This document shows positions 9,043 through 19,259 of a DNA stretch of 64,000 nt, piece by piece (position 1 is the first letter of the stretch; each line of letters starts with the position of its first letter). This DNA is from Deltaproteobacteria bacterium (GTDB lineage: Bacteria; CG03; SLGR01; JBDRKX01), in contig JAIVZN010000001.1 in assembly GCA_048634875.1 (NCBI GenBank), forward strand, positions 3,858 through 67,857, given 5' to 3'. The notes under the pieces are model-generated. The model made no database searches and had not been told where the DNA came from. It saw only the letters and a program-made list of their open reading frames with translations. The translations under genes and the position numbers were made by a program.

Positions 9043-9215
9043 CCATTTATTGAGTCCTAAATGATGCATTTTTTGCGAGCTTTAAGACTTTTGCCAAAGG
9101 CAAAAAGTCTCCGGAGCAACAAAATACATTTTTAGGGCTCAATTATTTTCACCCAGCTCCTGTACGCAGGAGCTGGATTCATCCGCTTTTGTGCTGGCTC
9201 GCCGGCATGTCCGTT
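9043..9215. repeat. Dispersed intergenic hairpin repeat family A, copy 2 (both halves plus extra hairpins)
   Basis: ccatttattgagtcctaaatgatgcattttttgcgagctttaagacttttgccaaaggcaaaaagtctccggagcaacaaaatacatttttagggctcaattattttcaccc, then cagctcctgtacgcaggagctg hairpin; region 8940-9040 also holds hairpin gggcttgataaatcaagccc. Confidence 0.85.
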
Positions 9216-10472
9216 TCACCTGCCAATAATCTCCGTTCTTCTATTTATATTTAAAAGCACCCCTATCAATGCCATAAATAAAACCATCCCTGTACCACCG
9301 TATGAAACAAGCGGGAACTGCACTCCTATTACAGGAAGTAATCCAAGAGTAACACCTGTGTTTAACACAACCTGCGCAAATATCAGCGCAAAAATTCCGC
9401 CTGCAATTAATCTGCCGCTTAAATCTTCTGTCCTTTCCATTATTCTTAAAATCTGCCAGAGCAGTATTCCTATAAAAGAAAGTATTGCTATGGCTCCCCA
9501 AATTCCAAGCTCTTCGGAAATAGTGGCAAAAATAAAATCAGTATGTCTTACGGGCAGAAATCCAAGCTGAGTCTGCGTTCCGCCAAATAAACCTTTGCCA
9601 AAAATCCTTCCCGAGCCTATCGCTAAAAGCGACTGCCTGATATTGTAACCCACGCCTAATGGATAAAGCTCAGGAATCATAAATGAAATAATCCTTTTTT
9701 TCTGGTACATTTTAAGAAAATTAGACCCTAAAATACCTGCGCCTGAAGAAATCCAGAATAAAAATATCAACCATAATAAATATTTTAAGTTTAAATATTT
9801 CAATACTTTTCTGGCTTCCATGAAAATAAAATATATAATTACAGATGCTATAAGAGGATAAAGCATGTATTTCAAATTTAATAGAGAGAGAGATTTCACG
9901 CTGAGATAACTCTCTAAAAATAAAGTTACTACCGCAATCCCCGCATATGGCAATGCTATAACCATCCAGTTTGTATTAACCGGCGCGACCTCAAGCATCA
10001 TAGCAAGGACAGGAATAAAAAGAATTGCAGAACCGGCATCAGGCTGAACTGTTACTAAAGCCATGACAATAACTGTGGGTATAAATGCATAAAGCAATCT
10101 GTTATATTTTCCTATTATTAATGCTAAAAACATAATCATTGAAAACTTTACAAATTCTACCACCTGAAAATGAAAAACTCCAAAATTAAACCATCTTCTT
10201 CCGCCGTGAATCTCAACTCCAAAAACTAATACACCAATTAACAGCAAAACTGAAACAAAATAAAATAATGGACTTAACTCTTCCAAAATTTTATACGGAA
10301 AACTCCTTAAAATAAACATAATTGCCACACCGATAAAAACTGCAAAAGTCTGTTTAATATACAGCGTCTGAAAATCCGCTGAGTTTATAGTTGAAGATAA
10401 TACCATAACTATACTCAGCATTCCTAAAAATAATGTAATCACTAAGATTATATTCTCAATTTTTTTTCTCAT
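9216..10472 (-). CDS. rodA: SEDS-family peptidoglycan glycosyltransferase RodA (FtsW/RodA/SpoVE family)
   Basis: 418 aa polytopic membrane protein; downstream of PBP2 and mreBCD. Confidence 0.85.
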   Translation of the reverse strand: MRKKIENIILVITLFLGMLSIVMVLSSTINSADFQTLYIKQTFAVFIGVAIMFILRSFPYKILEELSPLFYFVSVLLLIGVLVFGVEIHGGRRWFNFGVFHFQVVEFVKFSMIMFLALIIGKYNRLLYAFIPTVIVMALVTVQPDAGSAILFIPVLAMMLEVAPVNTNWMVIALPYAGIAVVTLFLESYLSVKSLSLLNLKYMLYPLIASVIIYFIFMEARKVLKYLNLKYLLWLIFLFWISSGAGILGSNFLKMYQKKRIISFMIPELYPLGVGYNIRQSLLAIGSGRIFGKGLFGGTQTQLGFLPVRHTDFIFATISEELGIWGAIAILSFIGILLWQILRIMERTEDLSGRLIAGGIFALIFAQVVLNTGVTLGLLPVIGVQFPLVSYGGTGMVLFMALIGVLLNINRRTEIIGR

Positions 10473-12232
10473 TTTAATTTAAACGCTTTCAAAATTCCTC
10501 TTGCTACAGGCATTGCTGATGTTGAACCATATCCGCCATTTTCTACTAAAACCACTATAGCAATCTCTGGATCATCAACAGGCGTAAAACATGCAAACCA
10601 TCCGTGATCATCGCCAGATGGAGCTTCAGCAGTGCCTGTCTTACTGGCAACTTCAAAAGGTAGATTAAGAAATTTTGCTGTCCCGTAATCCGTCACTTTT
10701 TTCATTGCCTCTTTAATTTTCTTAAATGTATCTATGGAAATATCTATATTTTTTTCAAGTTTAGGAGTATTTTTTTCCAGTACTTTCTTATCAGAAGATA
10801 CTACCATTTTAACAATATGAGGCGCGTACATCTTTCCTTCTGTTGCTATCACAGATATCATTTTTAAAATCTGCAGCGGGTTTACAAGCACATACCCCTG
10901 TCCCACACACATATTTGCAGTATCTCCGGGGTACCACCCTGTGCCGGCGTGCTTCTTTTTCCATTTCCGGTCTGGAATTAAACCTGTTTTTTCTCCTTCA
11001 AAGATGCCCTGCGATAACTTACCAAGCCCCATTTTTTTAGCATTTTTATAAATAGCATCTACCCCTATATCCATACCCAATTGATAAAAATACACATTAC
11101 AGGAATTTGCAATTGCTTCTAATAAGTTCAGCCTCCCGTGTTTTTTATCTTTCCAGCATCTATAAACTTTTTTATCGTAACCTATTTTTATAGAACCTTT
11201 ACATATATACTCAGTGTTAACATTTAAAATATCTAATTCTAACGCACTGATTGCTGTTATTAACTTAAAAACAGAGCCCGGAGCGTACTGCCCCTGTATC
11301 ACCCTGTCAAACAACGGATATTCCGGGTCCTCAAATATTTCCTTTGCTTTATCTATTGAAAGCGGTAAAGTAAAATCCTCAGGATTAAAACCCGGTTTAG
11401 AAAGCCATACAAGTATTTCGCCTGTCTCAGGTTTCATTGCAACCACCGCGCCGGCTCTATCACCCATGGCTCTCATAGCTGCTTCCTGTAAATCCCAGTC
11501 TATAGTCAACAGTAAATCATTTCCAATTTCAGGCATGCAGGTATTGATAATTCTACGGTGAGTTCCTGTAACTCCAACTTCTACTTCCTGGAAACCATCC
11601 GAACCGCGAAGCACCCCGTCATATACTTTCTCCAGTCCGCATTTGCCGACTTTATCTTTTAATTTGTACCCATATTTCTTCATTCTGCTTAATTCAAATT
11701 TATTTATTTCACCAATATATCCTAAAAAATGAGAACCATTTTCACCAAAGGGATATTTTCTCCGCGGCTCTATTTGAATTGAAGCCTGCCTGAGATGATG
11801 AATATTTTCCTCTATTTTAACTATCTCCTCTCTTGAAAGATAAGTCATAAGTTTAATTACCCCGAACGGCAGTATATCGCCGACTCTAAATCTTTTAAGA
11901 ATACTTTCCCTTGACCTGCCTGTTATCCGGGAGAGCTTTTTAGCAATCTTATTTTTTTCTTCAACACTAAGCCCGCGAGATGCAATATAAAGTGAATACA
12001 CAGGTTGATTTCCTGCAAGTTTTCTTGATTTTCTATCAAATATTCTGCCCCTTGGAGCAGGAATATAGAAATACTGTATTCTGTTTTTTTCAGCTTTCCT
12101 CCAGTAATAGTCTCCTTTTAATACCTGTAACTGAAAAAGCCTGAGTGCAAAAATTGAAAAAATCAGAATTAACAATATTTTTGCCCACCTGAATCTTTGC
12201 GCAGGCAGGAAAAAATAACTTTTATTTAGCAT
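10469..12232 (-). CDS. mrdA: Penicillin-binding protein 2 (elongasome transpeptidase)
   Basis: 587 aa; N-terminal TM, PBP dimerisation and transpeptidase domains (SxxK in LVENGGYGSTSA region); ATGA overlap with rodA. Confidence 0.85.
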   Translation of the reverse strand: MLNKSYFFLPAQRFRWAKILLILIFSIFALRLFQLQVLKGDYYWRKAEKNRIQYFYIPAPRGRIFDRKSRKLAGNQPVYSLYIASRGLSVEEKNKIAKKLSRITGRSRESILKRFRVGDILPFGVIKLMTYLSREEIVKIEENIHHLRQASIQIEPRRKYPFGENGSHFLGYIGEINKFELSRMKKYGYKLKDKVGKCGLEKVYDGVLRGSDGFQEVEVGVTGTHRRIINTCMPEIGNDLLLTIDWDLQEAAMRAMGDRAGAVVAMKPETGEILVWLSKPGFNPEDFTLPLSIDKAKEIFEDPEYPLFDRVIQGQYAPGSVFKLITAISALELDILNVNTEYICKGSIKIGYDKKVYRCWKDKKHGRLNLLEAIANSCNVYFYQLGMDIGVDAIYKNAKKMGLGKLSQGIFEGEKTGLIPDRKWKKKHAGTGWYPGDTANMCVGQGYVLVNPLQILKMISVIATEGKMYAPHIVKMVVSSDKKVLEKNTPKLEKNIDISIDTFKKIKEAMKKVTDYGTAKFLNLPFEVASKTGTAEAPSGDDHGWFACFTPVDDPEIAIVVLVENGGYGSTSAMPVARGILKAFKLK

Positions 12233-12671
12233 CTGCCTTTTTAACTAAATAATACACAATTGGCGCAAGTATGCCGTTAATACCCGCATATACAAAAATG
12301 TTTTTCAGCATTGGCGGCGGGTAATTAAAAATCAATCTTATAAAATATATAAAAAAACTAAGTAACAAAAACACTATAAATGTCAGGAAAAACTGAAAAA
12401 ATATGTTCTGCGCTGTAAATTTACCTTTTAAACTTCCAGCAAAAAAACCTATCATTGTTCTAATTAAGGCTCTTGTTCCGATTATTCCCATAACAAAAAT
12501 ATCTTCTATCAGGCCAGAGAAAAACCCAAACAGTTCACCATAATATTGACCCTTAACTAAAGATATTTCTATAGTTAAAAGAAGCATTATATTAATACCT
12601 ATACCTTCAAATGAAAAATACTTTGATAGTATCAACTGAACTACAAACCCAATTAGTAATGTCAATATCAT
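12222..12671 (-). CDS. mreD: Rod shape-determining protein MreD
   Basis: 149 aa hydrophobic multi-TM protein between mreC and mrdA. Confidence 0.65.
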   Translation of the reverse strand: MILTLLIGFVVQLILSKYFSFEGIGINIMLLLTIEISLVKGQYYGELFGFFSGLIEDIFVMGIIGTRALIRTMIGFFAGSLKGKFTAQNIFFQFFLTFIVFLLLSFFIYFIRLIFNYPPPMLKNIFVYAGINGILAPIVYYLVKKADAK

Positions 12672-12719
12672 AATAATTGGATAATAGGGGGTATTAGGTT
12701 CCCTATTCCCCTTTCCCTA

Positions 12720-13526
12720 TTACCTCTTTTTTAGCACATACACATACTTTGCATTCTGAGGATAATAAGCTCCTTTAACAACCGCATATTTACCTGTTGA
12801 AAATTCCAGTGTTTCTACTCCTGTAACTTTTCCAACATATAACGCAGGCGGGAATATGCCACCCATACCGGAAGTATATACTTCATCGCCCCTCGATATT
12901 TCAGCATCAGGAGAAAGATACTTTACTTTCAGTAACCAGCTATTATTCCCCTTTATCACTCCGCTATAAATTTTACTTACATTTACGGCGCATCTGAAAT
13001 CAGATGAAGTAATTAAAACTACTCTGCTGAAATCTTTAAACACTTCCGCTATTCTTCCTATTAACACCCAGTTTGAATCTACCGCAGTTACCACAGGCAT
13101 ATCTTCCTTTAATCCGTCATTTTCACCTTTATTTATATTAAACTCTGAAAAATAATTTTCAGGAAATTTTATTAATACTTCTGCAGGAATTACTCTGCCT
13201 CTGTATATATTTCCAAATTTCAGCAGCTTTTTTAACCTTGTGTTTTCATTTCTTAAGCTTTCAAAAACCATGTATTTGGTCTTTAAACTTTTTATTTCTT
13301 CTTTCAATTTAATATTTTCAGTATATGTATTTAGTAAGGTTTTTGAACGGCTGTAAATTGACCCTGCCTTAACAGCAGGGTATTCCACTGCCATGGATAC
13401 GGGAACCATAATTTTAACAATTATATTTTTTATTACCAATACAGCGGGCAGTTTATTAGCAATAAGTAAAAACAAACTTATTACCATAAGTACAATAAAA
13501 GTATGTAATATAACTCGTCTATTCAC
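12720..13526 (-). CDS. mreC: Rod shape-determining protein MreC
   Basis: 268 aa; N-terminal TM then coiled-coil and beta domain; follows mreB. Confidence 0.8.
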   Translation of the reverse strand: MNRRVILHTFIVLMVISLFLLIANKLPAVLVIKNIIVKIMVPVSMAVEYPAVKAGSIYSRSKTLLNTYTENIKLKEEIKSLKTKYMVFESLRNENTRLKKLLKFGNIYRGRVIPAEVLIKFPENYFSEFNINKGENDGLKEDMPVVTAVDSNWVLIGRIAEVFKDFSRVVLITSSDFRCAVNVSKIYSGVIKGNNSWLLKVKYLSPDAEISRGDEVYTSGMGGIFPPALYVGKVTGVETLEFSTGKYAVVKGAYYPQNAKYVYVLKKR

Positions 13527-13583
13527 TATTTGTAGACAGGAAGAATGGAATAATTAACTCAGCCTTTGAATGCAAGAGCGGGA

Positions 13584-14627
13584 TTAATATTTTTTGTAGT
13601 ACGGAGATATGCGCTTTGATTTTTTTAAATTGTCCATCTGCTCCAGATATTTTCCTGTGCCCATTACCACGCAATTCATAGGTTCATCTGCAATATGTAC
13701 AGGAAGAGAGGTAGCTTCTCTTAACAAGTCAGTTATCCCGCCCATCAAAGCACCGCCCCCGACCAGAACAATCCCGCGATCAACTAAATCAGCAGAAAGC
13801 TCAGGTGGAGTCTGATTAAGAGTATCTTTAATAACTTTTACTAATTCTTTCATGGGCCCTGCTAAAGATTCTCTGATATTATCAGTTGATATTGTTATGA
13901 TCTTTGGTAAACCGCTTACTAAATCTCTACCCTTTATTTCCATTTCCTTTGATTCTGTAGTTGGATATACGGAACCAATTTTTATTTTTGCTTCTTCAGC
14001 AGTTCTTTCTCCTATAATCATATTTTCTTTTTCTTTAAAATGCTCCACTATTGCCTGATCAAAGTCATCCCCTGCTATTCTTAAAGCATTTGTTAAAACC
14101 ATTCCCCCGAGGGAAATAACAGCTACTTCCGTAGTCCCTCCCCCTATATCAACAATCATATTTCCTGCAGGCTCATACACAGGCAGTTCTGCTCCAATAG
14201 CTGCTGCCATAGGCTCTTCAATAATATGTACCTGGCGCGCTCCTGCTCGCTCTGCGGATTCTCTTACCGCTCTTCTTTCAACCTCTGTGCAGGAAGATGG
14301 AACACTGATTACTATACTGGGATGTAAGAGACTTTTTCTCGTATGAACTTTTTTTATAAAATACCTTATCATCCTCTCAGTAGTCTCAAAATCAGCTATA
14401 ACTCCATTTTTAAGAGGCCTGACTGCAGTTATACTTGCAGGTGTCCTGCCGAGCATCCTTTTTGCGTCTATTCCCACTGCCAGTATATCATCAGTATCTT
14501 TGTTTATTGCAACAACAGAAGGTTCCCTTAAAACTATGCCTCTTCCTTTTACATAAACCAACACATTTGCTGTACCTAAATCTATTCCCATATCGTTTGA
14601 AAATAATCCAAATAAATAATTAAACAT
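13584..14627 (-). CDS. mreB: Actin-like rod shape-determining protein MreB (start may be Met at 14591)
   Basis: 347 aa; MGIDLGTANVLVYV... actin/Hsp70 fold signature. Confidence 0.92.
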   Translation of the reverse strand: MFNYLFGLFSNDMGIDLGTANVLVYVKGRGIVLREPSVVAINKDTDDILAVGIDAKRMLGRTPASITAVRPLKNGVIADFETTERMIRYFIKKVHTRKSLLHPSIVISVPSSCTEVERRAVRESAERAGARQVHIIEEPMAAAIGAELPVYEPAGNMIVDIGGGTTEVAVISLGGMVLTNALRIAGDDFDQAIVEHFKEKENMIIGERTAEEAKIKIGSVYPTTESKEMEIKGRDLVSGLPKIITISTDNIRESLAGPMKELVKVIKDTLNQTPPELSADLVDRGIVLVGGGALMGGITDLLREATSLPVHIADEPMNCVVMGTGKYLEQMDNLKKSKRISPYYKKY

Positions 14628-14940
14628 TAATTATTTCTAAAATACACTTCTGAGTGCCATCACCTTTTTGGGGACTGTCAAGGCGTAACATCCTGGTATA
14701 TCCTCCGCACTTAGAAATATTCGCAGGTCCTATCACACTTAACAATCTATCTACACCGTCATCCGGAAGAAACCTTGCTATGCGCCTTCTATTTACAACA
14801 TTATCTTTTTTAGCGCGGGTTATTAATTTTTCAACTCTTCTTTTAACAAGCCTTGCTGCAGGAACTGTTGTCGTAATCCTCCCCCTTTTAATTAAATGGT
14901 ATGTAAGATTCTTTATTCTTCTTTTTTCCTTAATATTCAA
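14620..14940 (-). CDS. rplQ: 50S ribosomal protein L17
   Basis: 106 aa; L17 signature; follows rpoA. Confidence 0.9.
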   Translation of the reverse strand: MNIKEKRRIKNLTYHLIKRGRITTTVPAARLVKRRVEKLITRAKKDNVVNRRRIARFLPDDGVDRLLSVIGPANISKCGGYTRMLRLDSPQKGDGTQKCILEIINV

Positions 14941-15018
14941 TGCCTAATTCTCCATTCTCTCTTTTTTTAGTGCACAATCTCTTAGTCTCCCAGTCTCCTA
15001 ATCTCCAATTCTTAATTC

Positions 15019-15975
15019 TCAATCCTTAAGTTTAAGTTCTGTGCCTTTTTCTGCATTAATCTCATCTAATCTTTCTTTAATTTTATCAACAGACTTTTTA
15101 CCTACTTTTTCAATCTCTAATATCTCTTTTTCAGACATTTCTAAAAGTTCCTCTACCACCTTTACCCCCATCTGACTCAATAAACCTGTAACTCTTGCTC
15201 CAATATTCAGGTTTGCTACCGGCATTTTTCTTATGTCTTCTTTTTCTTTTTCTTTAGACGCTGCTTCACCAAGTTCAATTTCTTCAACTTCGGATACTTC
15301 AAATACATCAAATGACTTCTTTAAAATCTGCGAAGCATAGGCAACAGACTCACTGGGTTTTATACTGCCATCAGTCCATACCTCTAAGATGAGTTTGTCA
15401 TAATCTGTTTTCTGGCCAACGCGTGCATTTTCTACATCATAACTCACTTTCCGGATTGGAGAAAATGCTGCATCTACTGGTATTTCACCTATTGCTGTAA
15501 CTTCTTCCTGTCTTGTTGCAGCTAAAGAATATCCTCTTCCCTTCTCTATAACTGCCTCCATATATAGTCTTCCGTTTTCACCTAAGGTTGCTATATGCAT
15601 TGCAGGATTAAATAATTCTATTGATTCATTTAATTTAAAATCCTGAGCCTTAACTTCCTTTCTACCGCTTACTTCTAAAGTTATAATCTGCCTTTCTTCA
15701 GTATATAACTTAAAACGCAATTGCTTTAAATTAAATATTATCTCAATTATATCCTCTTTAACTCCTTCAATAGAAGCATACTCATGATCCACGCTATCTA
15801 TCTTTACTGAAGTTATCACCGTACCTTCCATTGATGCAAGAAGTACTCTTCTCAGAGAATTACCTATAGTATGGCCATAACCTCTCTCAAATGGTTCACA
15901 AGAAAATTTCCCATAATTATCGCTTTCCTCAAGCCACTGTATTTTTCCGGGAAGCTGAAAATCCCTGAATTTCAT
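15019..15975 (-). CDS. rpoA: DNA-directed RNA polymerase alpha subunit
   Basis: 318 aa; NTD dimerisation and alpha-CTD; between rpsD and rplQ. Confidence 0.95.
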   Translation of the reverse strand: MKFRDFQLPGKIQWLEESDNYGKFSCEPFERGYGHTIGNSLRRVLLASMEGTVITSVKIDSVDHEYASIEGVKEDIIEIIFNLKQLRFKLYTEERQIITLEVSGRKEVKAQDFKLNESIELFNPAMHIATLGENGRLYMEAVIEKGRGYSLAATRQEEVTAIGEIPVDAAFSPIRKVSYDVENARVGQKTDYDKLILEVWTDGSIKPSESVAYASQILKKSFDVFEVSEVEEIELGEAASKEKEKEDIRKMPVANLNIGARVTGLLSQMGVKVVEELLEMSEKEILEIEKVGKKSVDKIKERLDEINAEKGTELKLKD

Positions 15976-16026
15976 ATATCCTCCTTCTTAAATCGTGAAG
16001 TGTTTTACTCTTTACCCTTTACGCTA

Positions 16027-16662
16027 TTATTTGCTGTACAACTCAACTATAAGACTTTCTTTAATATCTCCACCTGCTAAAGTTATCTCATCGCGAGTTG
16101 GTTTTCTTACCATAGTGCCTACAAGAGTTGAAGTATTGAGTTCAAGCCAACCCGGCCTCCCAATACCTTCTGCTTCTTTTAGCGCATCTTTTATAATTTC
16201 AAGTTTCATAAATTTTTCATTAATAGAAATCTTATCATTCTCTTTTACAATATAAGAAGGTATATTGCATATTCTTCCATTAATTTTAATCATTCTATGA
16301 AGTACCATTTGCCTTGCCTGAAGTATTGAAGATGCAAACCCGAATCTCTTCACAACATTATCAATGCGACTCTCTAATTTAATTAAAAGATTTTCACCTG
16401 TTGGACCGGCTTCTTTTTCCGCCTTCTCAAAAAATAAACGGAACTGTTTTTCTGTCATAAAAACAGTTCTTTTTACTTCCTGTTTTTCTCTTAATTGAAG
16501 GCCATACTCAGTCACCCTTTTTTTCTTTTTACCGTGTTGTCCGGGCGCATATTGTCTTTTCTCAAACGAACATTTCGCAGTTAAACATCTGGATCCCTTC
16601 AGAAAAAGTTTTTTCTTTTCTCTTCTGCATAACTTGCAAACAGCCTTTCTATATACAGCACA
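16027..16662 (-). CDS. rpsD: 30S ribosomal protein S4 (ORF-track N-extension to 16764 rejected)
   Basis: Start at MCAVYRKAVCKLCRREKKKLFLKGSRC, matching the S4 N-terminus with zinc-finger-like CxxC...C. Confidence 0.9.
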   Translation of the reverse strand, partial: CAVYRKAVCKLCRREKKKLFLKGSRCLTAKCSFEKRQYAPGQHGKKKKRVTEYGLQLREKQEVKRTVFMTEKQFRLFFEKAEKEAGPTGENLLIKLESRIDNVVKRFGFASSILQARQMVLHRMIKINGRICNIPSYIVKENDKISINEKFMKLEIIKDALKEAEGIGRPGWLELNTSTLVGTMVRKPTRDEITLAGGDIKESLIVELYSK

Positions 16663-16729
16663 CATATTTGTCACTTCCCTCCATCTTAATTGGGTAATAG
16701 GTATTGGGTTCCCCATTCCCTTTTTTTCA

Positions 16730-17125
16730 TTATACTCTTCTGGCTTTGGGTGGCCGGCATCCATTGTGAGGAATTGCAGTAATATCCTGGACAGAAATAA
16801 TTTCCAGCCCTTCTGCCTCTAAACTCCTTATTGCCGTTTCCCTTGATGAACCAGGCCCCTTAACTCTTATCCTTACCTTCCTCATTCCATTATTTTTGAT
16901 TACTTTCCTGGCTGCAGTCTGCGCAGCAAGCCCTCCTGCATACGCAGTCCCTTTTTTTGAACCTTTCATTCCAATACCGCCAGCAGTGGCCCAGGTAAGG
17001 ACATTTCCCTCTTCATCGGTTATTGAAACAATTGTATTGTTAAAAGTGCTTTTTATGTATGCTATTCCTGAATTTACCTTTACTTTTTTCTTCCGTTTTG
17101 TTTTTGTATCACTTTTTTTAGGCAT
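16730..17125 (-). CDS. rpsK: 30S ribosomal protein S11
   Basis: 131 aa; S11 signature. Confidence 0.93.
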   Translation of the reverse strand: MPKKSDTKTKRKKKVKVNSGIAYIKSTFNNTIVSITDEEGNVLTWATAGGIGMKGSKKGTAYAGGLAAQTAARKVIKNNGMRKVRIRVKGPGSSRETAIRSLEAEGLEIISVQDITAIPHNGCRPPKARRV

Positions 17126-17132
17126 ATTTTCT

Positions 17133-17507
17133 TTACCTTACTACTTTCTTTCCTTTAGTGGCAGCTCCCCGCTTTCCCTTCCTTGTTCTTGCATTAGTTT
17201 TTGTCCTCTGTCCCCGGAGCGGCAAACCCCTTTTATGTCTGTAACCCCTATAACTTCCAATTTTTGCTAACCTCTGTATATCTTCTCTTACAGATCTTCT
17301 TAATTCTCCCTCAAGCTGAAATTCCTGAACAGTCCTCTGAAGGGTATCTATTTCCTCCTCAGAAAGAGCATGAACTCTTTTTTCTCCATCAATATTAGCT
17401 TTCTCAAGAACTTCTTTAGCAATATTCGGACCTATACCATATATATAAGTTAAACTAATCTTTACCTTTTTTTCCTTGGGTATATTTATTCCTGCTATTC
17501 TAGCCAT
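17133..17507 (-). CDS. rpsM: 30S ribosomal protein S13
   Basis: 124 aa; [10 protein letters not shown]... S13. Confidence 0.95.
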   Translation of the reverse strand: MARIAGINIPKEKKVKISLTYIYGIGPNIAKEVLEKANIDGEKRVHALSEEEIDTLQRTVQEFQLEGELRRSVREDIQRLAKIGSYRGYRHKRGLPLRGQRTKTNARTRKGKRGAATKGKKVVR

Positions 17508-17533
17508 AATTACCTTTCAACTTTTGCATTTTC

Positions 17534-17647
17534 TTAGCCCTGCCTCTGTTTATGACGCGGATTAGAGCACAACACCCTTACCACACCTTTCCTTCGTATA
17601 ACTTTACAATTTGGACATATTGGCTTTACTGATGCTCTAACTTTCAT
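17534..17647 (-). CDS. rpmJ: 50S ribosomal protein L36 (not in ORF track, <60 aa)
   Basis: Minus-strand translation [37 protein letters not shown] between infA and rpsM. Confidence 0.9.
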   Translation of the reverse strand: MKVRASVKPICPNCKVIRRKGVVRVLCSNPRHKQRQG

Positions 17648-17662
17648 AATCTTCCTTCTTTT

Positions 17663-17884
17663 TTACCCTATTCTATATATAATTCTGCCTTTTGTAGGAT
17701 CATACCTGGTAATTTCTACCTTTACTCTATCGCCAGGTAATACTCTTATATATTTTACTCTCATTTTACCTGAAATATGCGCCAGTATCTGGCCGCCTAA
17801 GTCAAGTTTCACACGAAACATTGTATTTGGTAATGCTTCTAATACCCTACCTTCAAGTTCTACTGTATCTTTATCTGTCTTCAT
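17663..17884 (-). CDS. infA: Translation initiation factor IF-1
   Basis: 73 aa S1-like fold, [17 protein letters not shown]... IF-1 signature. Confidence 0.95.
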   Translation of the reverse strand: MKTDKDTVELEGRVLEALPNTMFRVKLDLGGQILAHISGKMRVKYIRVLPGDRVKVEITRYDPTKGRIIYRIG

Positions 17885-18648
17885 AATAAGTCAGTTAAAT
17901 TTCTATGTCCTTTTTCAGTTATAGCAACTGTGTTTTCAAAATGACATGAAAGCTGACCATCTTCTGTTACTACAGTCCAGTTGTCTTCTTTTGTTCTAAT
18001 ATTATACTTACCAACATTTATCATAGGTTCAAGCGCTAAAACCATGCCTGATTTAAGAATTAATCCTGTATTTTTTCTTCCGTAATTTGGCACCTGAGGT
18101 GGCTCATGTAATTTTCTTCCAATTCCATGCCCGACAAGATCCTTTACAACGCTGTACCCCGCACTTTCAGCTACCTGCTGTATCGCATGGGAAATATCGT
18201 ATAATTTGTTATTAGTATACATTTTTGATATTCCCATTTCAAGGGCTTTTTTAGTAACCTCAATTAAATCTTTCTCTTTTTTGCCTATTTTACCAACTCC
18301 AACTGTAAAAGCCATATCCGTATAAAAACCCTGCCATATTCCACCAATATCAATACTTATAATATCTCCTTCCTTTAATACCTTATCCATGGAAGGTACT
18401 CCATGGACTATCTCCTCATTTACAGATGTACAGATTACTGCTGGAAAAGGCGGATTCCCGTAATTTAAAAAAGCTGGCAACAATTTCTTTTTCTTAAATA
18501 ATTTTCTTGCCTTCTTATCCAAATGCATTGTTGTAATTCCAGGTGAAACCATATTTTTCAATTCCCGTGCAATTTCAGAAAGAAGCTGCCCGCCTGTATA
18601 CATTATGTTTATTTCAGTTAAATTTTTTATATCTACCATATTCCTCAA
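17881..18648 (-). CDS. map: Methionine aminopeptidase type I
   Basis: 255 aa; pita-bread fold metal ligands (D..D..H..E..E pattern). Confidence 0.9.
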   Translation of the reverse strand: MRNMVDIKNLTEINIMYTGGQLLSEIARELKNMVSPGITTMHLDKKARKLFKKKKLLPAFLNYGNPPFPAVICTSVNEEIVHGVPSMDKVLKEGDIISIDIGGIWQGFYTDMAFTVGVGKIGKKEKDLIEVTKKALEMGISKMYTNNKLYDISHAIQQVAESAGYSVVKDLVGHGIGRKLHEPPQVPNYGRKNTGLILKSGMVLALEPMINVGKYNIRTKEDNWTVVTEDGQLSCHFENTVAITEKGHRNLTDLL

Positions 18649-18718
18649 TTCTCAATTCTTTACCTAATCTCGCAATCTCCCAGTCTCCTAATCTCCAATT
18701 TTTACTATCAAAGAACAA

Positions 18719-19249
18719 CTACACAAATGCTCTTATATCTTCAAAGATTTCATCAATTTTTCTATTGCCGTCTATCTCATTTAAAATATGCTTTTTTCTA
18801 TAATAATCAATTAAAGGTTGGGTTTGTTTATAATAAGTCTCAATTCTCGCTTTAATAGTGTCTTCTGTATCATCTTCCCTTTGTCTGTTTTTCAGCCTTT
18901 TAATTACTTCTTCCTCTGGAATTGTAATATAAAAAACCCTGTCTAAATTCTCCAATTTATCAAACTCTTCTGCCTGAATTATAGTGCGGGGAAACCCGTC
19001 TAAGATATAACCATCCTTCACATCCTCTTGACTCATTCTGTCTTTTACTATACCTAAAACTATATCATCAGGTATAAACTTTCCTTCTTTCATTATTTTT
19101 TGCACCTTTACTCCAAAATCAGTTCTTTTTTCAGCAGCATCCCTGAAAATATCTCCTGTTGAAATATGAGGAATTCTTAAAAACTCAGCAAGCTTTTTTG
19201 CCTGAGTTCCTTTACCTGCGCCTACAATTCCAATCATCACTATCTTCAC
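18719..19249 (-). CDS. adk: Adenylate kinase (short form, no zinc lid)
   Basis: 176 aa; GxxGxGKGT P-loop, between secY and map. Confidence 0.9.
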   Translation of the reverse strand: MKIVMIGIVGAGKGTQAKKLAEFLRIPHISTGDIFRDAAEKRTDFGVKVQKIMKEGKFIPDDIVLGIVKDRMSQEDVKDGYILDGFPRTIIQAEEFDKLENLDRVFYITIPEEEVIKRLKNRQREDDTEDTIKARIETYYKQTQPLIDYYRKKHILNEIDGNRKIDEIFEDIRAFV

Positions 19250-19259
19250 TCGTAACTCA

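Noticed and set aside
9241-9501. 86-aa minus-strand ORF nested in rodA in another frame; also 28307-28492 inside rplD
   Set aside because: Fully embedded in well-supported genes; Cys/Arg-rich frame artefacts
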